The notes: generated by a model from the sequence alone, not told the origin. Counted from the first letter of the stretch, positions 53,367 to 63,051 are shown. The stretch: DNA of 64,000 nt from Clostridia bacterium (GCA_017462545.1 JAFTQX010000001.1:2380-66379); one strand, 5' to 3'. Translations and numbers: made by a program.

Positions 53367-54101
53367 TTACAGCAGCTCCATGGCGGTGCGCGCAAGGGCA
53401 TCCCCGCTGCTTGCGTGTTCTGTCATGGTTCTTCCTTTCGTCAGCTTTTTATAGACCTCGTAATAACGCAGACCAAACTCATAGAGAGAGGGAGAATCAA
53501 AGTGCAGCGCATCACCGCGGTCGGTAAGCCCTGTTGCCGGGACAAAGCCGTAGCGTGCATCCTCGGCGGCAATTTGTTCCAAGGTGCGGTTGATCACACC
53601 GGTTGGTTCGCCGTAGGTCAAAAAATCACCAAGACCGCCTAACAAAAACGGCACATCCTGCAGCCCCAGCGCACCGCGTAGTGCCTCTGCCATGCAGAGA
53701 AACCGTTCACGGTAGGTCGAGGCCAGGGGCTCACGGCAGTCCGCCTCGCCCTGATGCCATAAAATGCCCACGATCTCGGCGCTGCGCTGTGCAAGACGCG
53801 CGCAGTTGACGGCGTTTTCAAACAGCTCGCCCCCCTCTTGCCATTGGTCAAGCGAGGTGCCGCCGTCCGAGCAGGGAATCAGCCCCACATCGCAGCCATG
53901 CTCGGCGGCATACCGCTCGGCAAAGCTCTCGGCAAGGCAAACGCCGGCAAACGATCTGTCCGGCACCACAGGGCGGAACATTTGTTGCCATCTGCCGTTG
54001 CGCTGCATGTAGATGTGCTCGGTGTTGATGTCCTTGGCATCGGCCAGATAGCCGCGCCCCGACATATTGGACTGCCCGATCATGAGAAACGCGTGGATCA
54101 T
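53367..54101 (-). CDS. Sialate O-acetylesterase (SASA/GQSN) family esterase, cytoplasmic
   Basis: Start moved to ATG 54101 (MIHAFLMIGQSNMSGRG). 244 aa with GQSN and WHQGEAD blocks. Confidence 0.8.
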   Translation of the reverse strand: MIHAFLMIGQSNMSGRGYLADAKDINTEHIYMQRNGRWQQMFRPVVPDRSFAGVCLAESFAERYAAEHGCDVGLIPCSDGGTSLDQWQEGGELFENAVNCARLAQRSAEIVGILWHQGEADCREPLASTYRERFLCMAEALRGALGLQDVPFLLGGLGDFLTYGEPTGVINRTLEQIAAEDARYGFVPATGLTDRGDALHFDSPSLYEFGLRYYEVYKKLTKGRTMTEHASSGDALARTAMELL

Positions 54102-54132
54102 GGTAGAGCTCCTTCCCCCTTGAGATGAGAAC

Positions 54133-54161
54133 AGTATAGCATATAAAAGGGAAATAAGCAA
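54133..54161 (-). promoter_or_regulatory. Promoter of the esterase-ygjV operon
   Basis: On the minus strand: TTGCTT (54161-54156), 17-nt spacer, extended -10 TGcTATACT (-10 at 54138-54133). Confidence 0.55.
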
Positions 54162-54216
54162 GGGGGAAAAAGGATAACAAAGCGAGATTTTTGACCACTT
54201 GCTCCTGCAAGGCACG

Positions 54217-54280
54217 CATCATTAGGCGTAGCCGTCATCATTGGTGTAGCCAACATCATTTGCCGAAGGCAAACATCATT
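54217..54280. repeat. Four direct CATCATT repeats at 18-20-nt spacing upstream of the esterase promoter
   Basis: CATCATT at 54217, 54236, 54254 and 54274. The first two extend to CATCATT(A)GGYGTAGCC. Confidence 0.5.
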
Positions 54281-54281
54281 T

Positions 54282-54321
54282 AAAAAACGCACCTTTGTCG
54301 GTAGACAAAAGTGCGTTTTTT
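54282..54321 (-). terminator. Terminator after tRNA-Met
   Basis: AAAAAACGCAC...GTGCGTTTTTT outer stem with an inner CTTTGTC/GACAAAA stem, beginning 3 nt after the tRNA 3' end. Confidence 0.7.
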
Positions 54322-54323
54322 GT

Positions 54324-54400
54324 TGGTGGGCCATCGGGGACTCGAACCCAGGACCAACCGGTTATGAGCCGGTAGCTCTAACCAACTGAGCTAATGGCCC
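54324..54400 (-). tRNA. tRNA with CAT anticodon (elongator Met or lysidine-type Ile2)
   Basis: 77 nt. Acceptor GGGCCAT/ATGGCCC, D-arm GCTCAGTTGGTTAGAGC, anticodon arm ACCGG-CTCATAA-CCGGT, T-loop TTCGAGT (one T-C mismatch in the T-stem), encoded CCA. Confidence 0.85.
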
Positions 54401-54524
54401 GCTTGCGCGGTGCGCCTATATAGCGCAACGCTTATTATAGCAGAGATATATGAACAAAAAATGTATATATCGTGAAAACAATATGAACGACTGCGTTTGG
54501 GGCAGGGAAAAAGAGAAAAAGATA

Positions 54525-54553
54525 TTGACACTCCCCCTCAAAGGTGTTATAAT
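54525..54553 (+). promoter_or_regulatory. Promoter of alaS
   Basis: TTGACA 54525-54530, 17-nt spacer, TATAAT 54548-54553. Confidence 0.7.
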
Positions 54554-54590
54554 ATAATGTAATTTTATGCGTTCCGGAGGAATGAAAGCT

Positions 54591-57215
54591 ATGAAATGGA
54601 CCTCTCTTAACGACCTGCGTGAAAAGTATCTCTCCTTTTTTGAGAGCAAGGGGCATTTGCGCTTGCCCAGCTTTCCGCTGGTTCCGATTCGCGATAAATC
54701 GCTGCTGCTGATCAACTCGGGCATGGCGCCGATGAAGAAGTACTTCACGGGCGAGGAAGAGCCGCCCCGCAGCCGCGTAACGACCTGTCAGAAGTGTATC
54801 CGCACGCCCGACCTTGAGCGTGTTGGCCATACCGCGCGCCACGGCTCCTTCTTTGAGATGCTGGGCAACTTCTCCTTTGGTGATTATTTCAAGGACGAGG
54901 CCATTCCGTGGGCGTGGGAGTTTTTGACAAAGACGCTGGAGATCCCGGTTGATCTGCTTTGGCCTTCTATTTATGAAAACGACGAGGAGGCCTATGACCT
55001 GTGGGTCAACAAGGTAGGCGTAGACCCCAAGAAGGTCGTTCGCCTTGGTAAGGCCGATAACTTCTGGGAGCATGGCTCCGGCCCCTGCGGCCCTTGCTCC
55101 GAGATCTATTTTGACCGTGGCGAGAAGTACGGCTGTGGCTCGCCCGACTGTAAGCCGGGCTGCGATTGCGACCGCTTTATGGAGATCTGGAACAATGTAT
55201 TCTCCCAGTTCAACAACGATGGCAACGGCAACTATACCGACCTGGCACAGAAGAACATTGATACCGGCATGGGCCTTGAGCGTCTTGCTTGCGTCATGCA
55301 GGGTGTTGATAACATGTTCGAGGTTGACTCGATCCGTAAGATCATTGACGAGGTCTGCGCCATTGCCGGCAAGACCTATGGCGTTAACAAGAAAGAGGAT
55401 GTTTCCATCCGCGTGATCACCGACCACATTCGCGGCGCCATGTTCATGATCGCAGACGGTGTCATTCCCTCCAACGAGGGGCGTGGCTATGTGCTTCGCC
55501 GCATTCTGCGCCGTGCTTGCCGCCATGGTAAGCTGCTGGGCATTGACCATCCCTTCCTTGTTCGTATGTGCGAGGTTGCCATTGGTGAAAGCGTTGCCGC
55601 ATACCCCGAGCTGGCTACCCGCGGCGATTATGTCAAGAAGGTCATCTCGATGGAGGAGGAGCGCTTTGACGCCACCATCGATGCCGGTCTTGGCATGCTG
55701 AATAAAATTATTGAGTATTGTCGCACCTCTGACCGTGATACGGTCGATGGTGCAGAGGTGTTCCGCCTGTATGATACCTACGGCTTCCCGCTTGACCTGA
55801 CCAGTGAGATCATTGCGGAGGCAGGCTTGGAGGTAGATGAGGAAGGCTTCCATAAGCTGATGCAGGAGCAGCGTGAGCGCGCACGCGCCGCACGTGGCAA
55901 TATCAGCGGCTGGAGCAGCATGGAGGAAAGCGGCCTGGGCGACCTGCCGAAGACCACCTTCCTTGGTTATGAAGAAAATGCGTGTGATGCCAAGATCCTC
56001 GCCATCCTCGGCGGGGAAGACGGCCGTGAGCTGCTGGAGGAGGTTTCCGAGGGCGAATGCACCATCGTGCTGGATGCCACTACCTTCTACGGCGAAAGCG
56101 GCGGTCAGGTGGGTGACACCGGTGTGCTGAACGCCGCAGGCGGCAGCGCCGAGGTGCTGGACACCAAAAAGACCGACGGTATTTTCCTGCACGTCTGCCG
56201 CCTGAGCGGCGGTGTGCTGCGCGTGGGCGAGACCGTGCGTGCCGAGATCGACACCGCACGCCGTGCCGCTATCATGCGTAATCACTCCTGCTGCCATCTG
56301 CTGCAGGCTGCCTTGCGTGAGGTGCTTGGCACGCATGTGGAGCAGGCAGGCTCGTACGTTGAGCCCGGTTATTTCCGTTTTGACTTTACCCATTACGCTG
56401 CCGTTACGGCAGAGGAGCAGGCCCGCGTTGAGGCGATCGTAAACGCGCATATTCTGGCAGGTGAACCCGGCTCTATGACCGAAATGGCGCTGGAGGAGGC
56501 ACAAAAGCTGGGGGCTATGGCCCTCTTTGGCGAGAAGTACGGCAAGACCGTACGCGTTGTGCGCATGGGTGATTCCTCGATCGAATTCTGCGGCGGTACG
56601 CATGTAGACAGCACCGGCAAGATCGGTCTCTTCAAGATCGTGTCCGAGAGCTCGGTTGCCGCGGGTGTGCGCCGTATTGAGGGCACCACCGGCTACGGCG
56701 TGCTGGCGCTGATGGGCAAAAAGGACGCCCTGATCGCCGAGACCGCCAAGGAGCTGAAGGTTGCCAACCCCGCTGATGTCGCCAAGCGTGCTGCCCAGCT
56801 GGAAAATGAGCTGAAGGAGACCAAGCGTGAGCTGGAATCGGCAAACGCCAAGCTTTCCTCCGCCAAGCTGGCTGCCATTATTGATAAGGCAACGCAGGTA
56901 GGTGCGTACAAGCTGTTGACGGCCCGCCTGGAAATGAAGGTGGATGCCGCACGTACGCTGTGTGACAGCATTCGTGCCGACCATCCCGATATGGTTGCCG
57001 TGTTTGCGTTGGTCAACGATGGCAAGCTGAACTTTATCGCCTGCTGCGGTGCTGATGCCGTTAAGGCAGGTGCGCATGCGGGCAACATTCTCCGCTCTGT
57101 TTCCGCCATCTGCGGCGGTAAGGGCGGCGGCCGTCCCGATAGCGCCATGAGCGGCGGTAGCGATCTCTCCAAGATCGACGAGGCACTTGCCTCGGTGGCC
57201 GGTCTGCTCGGTTAA
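54591..57215 (+). CDS. alaS: Alanine--tRNA ligase
   Basis: Start moved to ATG 54591 (MKWTSLNDLREKYLSFFESKGH; GGAGG 10 nt upstream). 874 aa with the HxxxH/CGGTH editing-domain zinc motifs and a DHHA1 end. Confidence 0.95.
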   Translation: MKWTSLNDLREKYLSFFESKGHLRLPSFPLVPIRDKSLLLINSGMAPMKKYFTGEEEPPRSRVTTCQKCIRTPDLERVGHTARHGSFFEMLGNFSFGDYFKDEAIPWAWEFLTKTLEIPVDLLWPSIYENDEEAYDLWVNKVGVDPKKVVRLGKADNFWEHGSGPCGPCSEIYFDRGEKYGCGSPDCKPGCDCDRFMEIWNNVFSQFNNDGNGNYTDLAQKNIDTGMGLERLACVMQGVDNMFEVDSIRKIIDEVCAIAGKTYGVNKKEDVSIRVITDHIRGAMFMIADGVIPSNEGRGYVLRRILRRACRHGKLLGIDHPFLVRMCEVAIGESVAAYPELATRGDYVKKVISMEEERFDATIDAGLGMLNKIIEYCRTSDRDTVDGAEVFRLYDTYGFPLDLTSEIIAEAGLEVDEEGFHKLMQEQRERARAARGNISGWSSMEESGLGDLPKTTFLGYEENACDAKILAILGGEDGRELLEEVSEGECTIVLDATTFYGESGGQVGDTGVLNAAGGSAEVLDTKKTDGIFLHVCRLSGGVLRVGETVRAEIDTARRAAIMRNHSCCHLLQAALREVLGTHVEQAGSYVEPGYFRFDFTHYAAVTAEEQARVEAIVNAHILAGEPGSMTEMALEEAQKLGAMALFGEKYGKTVRVVRMGDSSIEFCGGTHVDSTGKIGLFKIVSESSVAAGVRRIEGTTGYGVLALMGKKDALIAETAKELKVANPADVAKRAAQLENELKETKRELESANAKLSSAKLAAIIDKATQVGAYKLLTARLEMKVDAARTLCDSIRADHPDMVAVFALVNDGKLNFIACCGADAVKAGAHAGNILRSVSAICGGKGGGRPDSAMSGGSDLSKIDEALASVAGLLG

Positions 57216-57224
57216 CAGAGAATA

Positions 57225-57260
57225 AAGAGGGCAAGTGCCATCGGCACTTGCCCTCTTTTC
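57225..57260 (+). terminator. Intrinsic terminator of alaS
   Basis: AAGAGGGCAAGTGCC-ATC-GGCACTTGCCCTCTT followed by TTC. Confidence 0.8.
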
Positions 57261-57262
57261 TA

Positions 57263-57317
57263 TCATGCTTATCCGTTTTTGCGGAGCGCGAGTGGCTTTT
57301 TTCAAAAAGCCACTCGC
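57263..57317 (-). repeat. Palindromic gene-3'-end element, type 2, copy E (reverse orientation)
   Basis: GCGAGTGGCTTTTTTCAAAAAGCCACTCGC at 57288-57317. The reverse complement aligns with copy D, including CGCGCTCCGCAAAAA. It starts 10 nt past the stop of the minus-strand gene 57327-57569. Confidence 0.7.
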
Positions 57318-57326
57318 ATTCCCCCG

Positions 57327-57569
57327 TCAGCACTGCCTGTGCTGCATCAGATGCTCCATGTTGTCAATGGCATCCTCGGTCATGTCACACACGTTTTCCA
57401 CGCACTCACATCCCATGCTCTTGGCCGCCTTGGCCAGGCGCTTTTTCTTTTTCTTCACCGCCATCACCACGCCGCAAATGCCGATGACCGCAAAGCCCAC
57501 GATCGCGCCGCAGATGACAGGGTGAGCAAGTACCCCACACGGCTCGCATTTCTTTTTGTTACCGCACAT
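57327..57569 (-). CDS. Hypothetical 80-aa Cys-rich single-pass membrane protein
   Basis: Start moved to ATG 57569 (SD AAGGAGG). MCGNKKKCEPCG, one TM, a KKKKKR stop-transfer stretch and a Cys-rich tail. Confidence 0.5.
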   Translation of the reverse strand: MCGNKKKCEPCGVLAHPVICGAIVGFAVIGICGVVMAVKKKKKRLAKAAKSMGCECVENVCDMTEDAIDNMEHLMQHRQC

Positions 57570-57675
57570 ATACCGCACCTCCTTTTTTTCATAGTATATC
57601 CTATTCAAAAGCCGCTATGCGGGTGACAGGTGTAATTTTCGCCCGCGTGGGTATACTGATGAAAAAGGAGATTTT

Positions 57676-58395
57676 ATGTGTAAAAAGAGAAAAAGACAAA
57701 CGATCATGTTTGCCCTACTGATAGCCGCTCTTGCCTTGGTTTCCACCCTTCGTCTCGCCGCATCTTCCAAGCAAGTGGCACAACCGTTGCCGTCTGTCCC
57801 CGTCCTTTCACGCATTTATCTTGATCCGGGGCACGGCGGGTTTGATTTTGGCGCGGTTGGTAAGCTGCCGAACGGAGACGACTTGGCAGAAAAGGATCTG
57901 GTGCTGAACATCGCGCTTACTTGCGGCGAGCAACTGGCTCGCGCGGGGCATGAGGTGCTTTTTTCCCGCATGGGGGAAGAGCGACTAACGAATACCACCG
58001 CCGCCGATGAGGTGCGCGCACGCCGCGCATCGGCCAAGGAGCAGGCGGCAGATCTGATCGTTTCGGTGCATGCCAATGCCTATGCGGGGGAAGGGCGGGC
58101 GTACGGCGCGCGTGTCTACTACAATCCCACAAGCCCGGTATCCCGCGTGGTGGCTGAGCGTATTGCTGCCGCCATCACACGACACACGGGTGCCTATATC
58201 GGGCGGGAATGCCGCACCGTGGCCGATGGTACCTACTATATGGTCGGAGACGAGAGCATGCCGGCTGTGCTGATCGAGCTTGGCTTTTTATCGGATGAGC
58301 GAGAATGTGCCCTGCTTGGCGAGGGCTGGTATCGCACGGCCTTGGCAACCGCGATTGCCGAGGGGGTGGGGGATAGGGATGTGGAAACTTTTTGA
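57676..58395 (+). CDS. cwlD: N-acetylmuramoyl-L-alanine amidase, CwlD-like (Amidase_3)
   Basis: 239 aa with an N-terminal TM and LDPGHGGFDFGAVG, VSVHANA and LIELGFLSD blocks. The last codons and stop lie inside palindromic repeat copy B. Confidence 0.7.
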   Translation: MCKKRKRQTIMFALLIAALALVSTLRLAASSKQVAQPLPSVPVLSRIYLDPGHGGFDFGAVGKLPNGDDLAEKDLVLNIALTCGEQLARAGHEVLFSRMGEERLTNTTAADEVRARRASAKEQAADLIVSVHANAYAGEGRAYGARVYYNPTSPVSRVVAERIAAAITRHTGAYIGRECRTVADGTYYMVGDESMPAVLIELGFLSDERECALLGEGWYRTALATAIAEGVGDRDVETF

Positions 58396-58435
58396 AAAAA
58401 GTTTCCACACCTTCAAAAGCTTTTATGGAATAAAG
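58378..58435 (+). repeat. Palindromic gene-3'-end element, type 1, copy B
   Basis: GATGTGGAAACTTTTTGAAAAAAGTTTCCACACCTTCAAAAGCTTTTATGGAATAAAG. The central TGA (58393-58395) is the cwlD stop. Confidence 0.8.
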
Positions 58436-58466
58436 ATGTTTATGGCATACATCCCCGAAAAAACAA

Positions 58467-58495
58467 CGGAGACGACCATGGTCGTCTCCGCTTTT
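58467..58495. terminator. Bidirectional terminator
   Basis: CGGAGACGACC-AT-GGTCGTCTCCG with an A-run before and CTTTTGTT after. Confidence 0.65.
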
Positions 58496-58496
58496 G

Positions 58497-59342
58497 TTAT
58501 ACGTTTACCGTGCTGCCGGGGGTTTGGTCAGCTGCCAGAATAGCATCGCGCAGGCGCATAACGGCCAGCGTTTGCTCATTCGGTACGGGGGTTTTGCTGC
58601 AATCCGTAAAGAAACGGAGAATGTCAGCCATCAGACCGTCAAAGAACCCGCCGCCAACGGTGGCGTGCTTGGCGTTGCTGCTTGCATCCTCACCCGTAAT
58701 GGCATAGCCGAGGGCGGGGGAATAGAGTAGGGTGGTCTTGGCACCGCCCTCGTGGTCGATGTGGCAGATGCGCTGGTTGCCCTGGCGAACGACCGTCACG
58801 GTTTTTGCCGCCTCCGGCTGCAGGCAGATCACCATTTCTACCAGATGGATGACATATTCGGGCAGGTTGGAGCCGCCGCCCGAGATCATTAGCTGCTTCG
58901 GCGCGGAAAACTCCTTCAGCGCGTCTGCGTAGCGCAGGGCCGAGGTGCTGAAGAAGGGGGTGTGATACTGTGCCGAGAGGCGCATGATCTCCTCTGCTGT
59001 GGCCGTATCAGGGGCAAAGGTCTTATCAATGTAGGTCGGCTTGCCATAAGGCAGTACGGCCTGTGCATAGCGCAGATGCGTATCGGGATCAGAGGGAGCC
59101 AAAATGATCAGCGCGTCGCTCTTCTCGCATACCTCGGCAATGCTCGCGCATTGCGTAATGCCGTTCTTTTCACACCAGGTGGCGGTATCTACGCCGTCAA
59201 CCGGGGAGATCTCCCGCTCTGCCCATGCGTAGCTGACGGTAAAATCGGTGCCGAGGTCAGCGTTCAGCCGTGTGATCCAAGCGGGGTAATTATTGGCATG
59301 CCACTCGCTGATGTAATAGTCGATCAGACCAATGTGCTTCAT
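58497..59342 (-). CDS. Hypothetical protein, Gfo/Idh/MocA-like (no clear GxGxxG)
   Basis: 281 aa, overlapping the upstream oxidoreductase gene by 1 nt. Shows weak resemblance to the oxidoreductase fold. Confidence 0.45.
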   Translation of the reverse strand: MKHIGLIDYYISEWHANNYPAWITRLNADLGTDFTVSYAWAEREISPVDGVDTATWCEKNGITQCASIAEVCEKSDALIILAPSDPDTHLRYAQAVLPYGKPTYIDKTFAPDTATAEEIMRLSAQYHTPFFSTSALRYADALKEFSAPKQLMISGGGSNLPEYVIHLVEMVICLQPEAAKTVTVVRQGNQRICHIDHEGGAKTTLLYSPALGYAITGEDASSNAKHATVGGGFFDGLMADILRFFTDCSKTPVPNEQTLAVMRLRDAILAADQTPGSTVNV

Positions 59343-60412
59343 CAGAAGGAAAGCTCCTTTCTTTCAGTGGCGGAGGCATACAGGGCATCCAGCAGCTTGG
59401 CACTTTCCAGAATGTTGTCGATATGGCTGCGGTTCTTTTCGCCCGTCTCGGTCGATTCCAAGAAGGCAATGTCCTCGCACAGATACATGTTGGGAATCTC
59501 GTATTCCTCCTTGGTGGTCTCCAGCGTGGCACCATCATAGAACTCAAACAGCTGACCGTAGGCCAGACGTGCGCCGCCCTTGTCGCCAAGGAAGTCAATG
59601 AACATCTCATCCTTTTTGATGTTCTGTGCCCAAGCACCATTGAAGGAGATGCTGGCCTTGTCGGTACGGATGTAGCCGGTGATATAGTCGTCTACGTCGT
59701 TTGTGCCATTCTCAATATCGGCCGTATCCTCCGCCCACATCGAGGTGTAGCGGTAGCTCTTCATATCCTTGGCCATTTCGCAATAAGCGTCGCAGGTCAG
59801 GTTTTGGAGCTTGGCACCGCCGAGAATGTAGAGGATCAGGTCAAAGAAGTGTACGCCCCAGTCGATCAGCACGCCGCCGCCCGACTGCTCCTTGGTGGTA
59901 AAGGCACCGCCAAGACCGGGGATAGAACGGAAGGAGCGGAAGGAGCAATATACATGGTACAGATTGCCAAACTTACCCTCGCGCACCATCTGCTCCAGCT
60001 TTTCCACCGAGCGGTGGTAGCGGTTGCAAACGCCGATGTTCAGCATCAGGCCGCGCTTGTTGGCCTCTTCTGCCATCTCGCAGGAAAGGGCGTAGTTGAC
60101 GGTAATGGGCTTCTCGCAGAAGACGTGCTTGCCGGCACGCAGCGCGTCCATGGTTACGGTGTAGTGGGCATAGTTGGGGGTGAGCACGTAAACGGTGTCA
60201 ACCTCCTCGTCTGCCAAGGCGATCTTGTAGTCGGTGATGACATTTTCAACAACGGTGGGATAGGTCTCCTTCATGTAGGCTGCCTTTTCCTCGATCAGAT
60301 CGCAGGCGTATTTGATGCGAACACCCTCAATCTGTGTCAGGGCGGGGAAGTGTGCGTTTTTTGCGATACGGCCACAGCCGATCACGGCAAGAACATGCTC
60401 TTTCATTTTCAT
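59342..60412 (-). CDS. Gfo/Idh/MocA family oxidoreductase
   Basis: 356 aa with N-terminal Rossmann motif LAVIGCGRIAKNAHFPAL and an EKP block (FCEKPI). Confidence 0.85.
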   Translation of the reverse strand: MKMKEHVLAVIGCGRIAKNAHFPALTQIEGVRIKYACDLIEEKAAYMKETYPTVVENVITDYKIALADEEVDTVYVLTPNYAHYTVTMDALRAGKHVFCEKPITVNYALSCEMAEEANKRGLMLNIGVCNRYHRSVEKLEQMVREGKFGNLYHVYCSFRSFRSIPGLGGAFTTKEQSGGGVLIDWGVHFFDLILYILGGAKLQNLTCDAYCEMAKDMKSYRYTSMWAEDTADIENGTNDVDDYITGYIRTDKASISFNGAWAQNIKKDEMFIDFLGDKGGARLAYGQLFEFYDGATLETTKEEYEIPNMYLCEDIAFLESTETGEKNRSHIDNILESAKLLDALYASATERKELSF

Positions 60413-60567
60413 GCATCCTTTCTGTTTGCCCCGTGGGGCAGGTTTCTGACTGTATTATATATCCGTTTATATTGCTTGTCAATGTCAGTATTTCAGCAAA
60501 ACTTATCATTTTTTCATGTAAATGCGAAAAAAATGCCAAAAAAGTAAAAAAAAGTTATGTTTTTTTC

Positions 60568-60595
60568 TTGACTTTACAAAATGTTATTTTATAAT
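60568..60595 (+). promoter_or_regulatory. Promoter of the AraC-family gene
   Basis: TTGACT 60568-60573, 16-nt spacer, TATAAT 60590-60595. Confidence 0.6.
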
Positions 60596-60613
60596 GGTAG
60601 TGGAGGTGAGCGT

Positions 60614-61492
60614 ATGGAATCGCACTACCATTTGGATAAAAGCTATCTGTGGGCCCCTGTGGATTATGAGGGGATACGCCTATGCCAGATCGGCCGACTG
60701 TACTGCAGCCCGCACACGGTGGTTGACACCCACATTCACCTGAATTGGTTCGAGCTGACGGTGGTGACCGATGGGCGCGGCGAAATTGAGACCAACGGTG
60801 TGGTCTGTCCGGTAGGGCGGGGAGATATTTACCTGTCGCTGCCGTGTGACGCACACAAGATCACCTCGGATGAGAAGGAGCCGCTGAAATACGATTTCTT
60901 TTCCTTTTATACCGAGCGGGAGGATTATCACCGCGAGGAGGAGCGCATTGCCGAGGAATATCTGTCTACCGACCGCCGCGTCTTTCGGGATGAACGGATT
61001 CGCTCCTTGATCGGAGACGCGATCGCTGCCTTTTCACAGGAAGGAAATTATACGCAGGATCTGCTTGCCTCGATCTTTCGTCAGATCGTGCTCTATCTCT
61101 TCCGCGACCTGGCAGGGCAAGCGCCGACACCTCGCTCGCATACCGTGCTGCCGGCAGAAATGCTCTGCTATCGGATGATGAACTATATCGATACCCACAT
61201 CTATTCCTTAAAAAGTCTGGGCGAGCTTTCTACCCTAACCGGCTATAGCTACGGCTATCTTTCTACGCTGTTCAAAAAAACGACCGGTGAAACGCTGGCG
61301 GAATATTATCATAAAAAACGCTTGGAGCTTTCGCGCCTGCTGATTTTGGAAGGGCGCTTGACCATTACCGAAATTGCCGAGGCACTCAATTACGCCTCTG
61401 TGTACGTATTCAGCCGCGCCTTCTCGGCGCGCTTTGGCCTCTCGCCTCGCTGCTATCGGCAAAGCGAGCGGGAAAAGAAACATCAACTGTAG
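60614..61492 (+). CDS. AraC family transcriptional regulator (cupin sensor + HTH)
   Basis: Start moved to ATG 60614 (SD GGAGGTGA). C-terminal double HTH (...ITEIAEALNYASVYVFSRAFSARFGLSPRCYR). TAG stop. Divergent from the oxidoreductase pair. Confidence 0.85.
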   Translation: MESHYHLDKSYLWAPVDYEGIRLCQIGRLYCSPHTVVDTHIHLNWFELTVVTDGRGEIETNGVVCPVGRGDIYLSLPCDAHKITSDEKEPLKYDFFSFYTEREDYHREEERIAEEYLSTDRRVFRDERIRSLIGDAIAAFSQEGNYTQDLLASIFRQIVLYLFRDLAGQAPTPRSHTVLPAEMLCYRMMNYIDTHIYSLKSLGELSTLTGYSYGYLSTLFKKTTGETLAEYYHKKRLELSRLLILEGRLTITEIAEALNYASVYVFSRAFSARFGLSPRCYRQSEREKKHQL

Positions 61493-61506
61493 AAAAGGAG
61501 AACCAA

Positions 61507-63051
61507 ATGCTTTCCAAGGTATATACAGCCGGGCTTTGCGGTATAGACGGCTTTGAGGTACAGGTAGAGTGCAGCGGCTGGGACAGGCTGCCGCGCTTTG
61601 AGGTGGTTGGTCTGCCTGACCTGGCCGTCAAGGAGGCAAAGGAGCGTGTGCGCGCCGCGTGCGAGAACAGCGGCATATTCTTTCCCTCAATGGATTTGAC
61701 CGTCAACCTCGCCCCTGCCAACCGCAAAAAAGAGGGCTCTGCCTTTGACCTCGCCATCCTTTGCGCCATTCTGCAATGTGATGGCAAGATCCCGCGCAAG
61801 CTCTCGCTTGAGGATAAGAGCTTTATCGGTGAGCTTTCCCTCTCCGGTGAGGTGCGCCCATTGAGCGGTGTGCTGTGCCTTACCTTGGCTGCCCGTGCAG
61901 CCGGGCGGCGTGAGGTCTTTGTGCCCGCCGCCAACGCGCGCGAGGCGGCTGTGGTAGAGGGGGTTACCGTTTACGGTGTGGAGAGCGTGCGGCAGCTGCT
62001 TGCTCACCTGTGTGGCGGGGTGCCGATCACACCCACCGTGTATGACCGTGCCGAGTTTGACGGCAGAGCGGGTCAACACGCCTTGGATTTTGCCGATGTG
62101 CGCGGTCAGTTCCGTGCCAAGCGCGCGATGGAGATCGCGGCGGCGGGTGGTCATAATATTCTGCTCATCGGCCCGCCGGGATCGGGCAAATCCATGCTGG
62201 CCAAGCGCCTGCCCACCATCTTGCCTGATCTTTCCTTTGAGGAGGCGGTGGAAACGACCAAGATTCATTCCATTGCGGGAATGCTGCAGGAAAACCTCGT
62301 CACCGAGCGCCCCTTCCGCTCGCCCCATCACAGCGTCAGCGTGCCCGGCCTTGTCGGCGGCGGTACCAGCCCGCGCCCGGGGGAAATTTCACTGGCGCAC
62401 AACGGCGTGCTGTTTTTGGACGAGCTGCCCGAATTCAATAAGGCTCTTACCGAATCGTTGCGTCAGCCGCTTGAGGACGGTGCTGTATCGGTTACTCGCG
62501 CGGCGGCGCGCGTGCGCTATCCCTCCTCGTTTATGCTGGTATGCGCCATGAACCCCTGCCGTTGCGGCTATTACGGTGATCCCACCAAAAAGTGCACCTG
62601 CCGTCAGGATGACGTGCAAAAATATCTCTCCCGTGTCAGCGGCCCGCTGCTTGACCGTATTGATATTCAGATCGAGCTGCCGGCCGTCTCCTTTGCTGAA
62701 ATGAGCGGCGAGACGGCAACGGGCGAGCGCTCGGCCGACGTGCGTGCCCGTGTGAATGCGGCACGTGCCTTTGCCCGCCGCCGCGCCGAGGCGGCCGGGG
62801 CACGGCATCTGTACAGCAATGCCGCCATGAGCCCCTCGGATGTTCGCCGCTTCTGCGAGCTGGAGGAGGATGCCCGTGCTATGCTGGCAGGTGCCTTTGA
62901 CGATCTTGGCCTTTCCGGCCGCGGGTATGACCGCATTTTGCGTGTCGCCCGCACCATTGCCGATCTGGCGGGGGCCGAGAAGATCGGCGTCCTGCACATT
63001 GCCGAGGCCATTCAGCTTCGGTCACTTGACCGCAAGTATTGGAGCAGATAA
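61507..63051 (+). CDS. comM: YifB/ComM family Mg-chelatase-like AAA+ ATPase
   Basis: 514 aa with a Lon-like N-domain, Walker A GPPGSGKSM, Walker B VLFLDELPEF and zinc-ribbon-like CRCGYYGDPTKKCTC. Confidence 0.9.
   Translation: MLSKVYTAGLCGIDGFEVQVECSGWDRLPRFEVVGLPDLAVKEAKERVRAACENSGIFFPSMDLTVNLAPANRKKEGSAFDLAILCAILQCDGKIPRKLSLEDKSFIGELSLSGEVRPLSGVLCLTLAARAAGRREVFVPAANAREAAVVEGVTVYGVESVRQLLAHLCGGVPITPTVYDRAEFDGRAGQHALDFADVRGQFRAKRAMEIAAAGGHNILLIGPPGSGKSMLAKRLPTILPDLSFEEAVETTKIHSIAGMLQENLVTERPFRSPHHSVSVPGLVGGGTSPRPGEISLAHNGVLFLDELPEFNKALTESLRQPLEDGAVSVTRAAARVRYPSSFMLVCAMNPCRCGYYGDPTKKCTCRQDDVQKYLSRVSGPLLDRIDIQIELPAVSFAEMSGETATGERSADVRARVNAARAFARRRAEAAGARHLYSNAAMSPSDVRRFCELEEDARAMLAGAFDDLGLSGRGYDRILRVARTIADLAGAEKIGVLHIAEAIQLRSLDRKYWSR

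Noticed and set aside
54217-54280. Mini-CRISPR or other spacer-repeat array (the CATCATT repeats).
   Set aside because: The repeat unit is only 7-16 nt with 11-13-nt gaps and four units, and there are no cas genes. It is treated as a regulatory repeat instead.
54403-54590. T-box leader upstream of alaS.
   Set aside because: The promoter at 54525-54553 leaves only about 35 nt of leader. That is too short for a T-box, and no specifier or T-box sequence is seen.
54435-57305. 956-aa minus-strand ORF antisense to alaS.
   Set aside because: alaS on the plus strand is unambiguous, so this is a shadow ORF.
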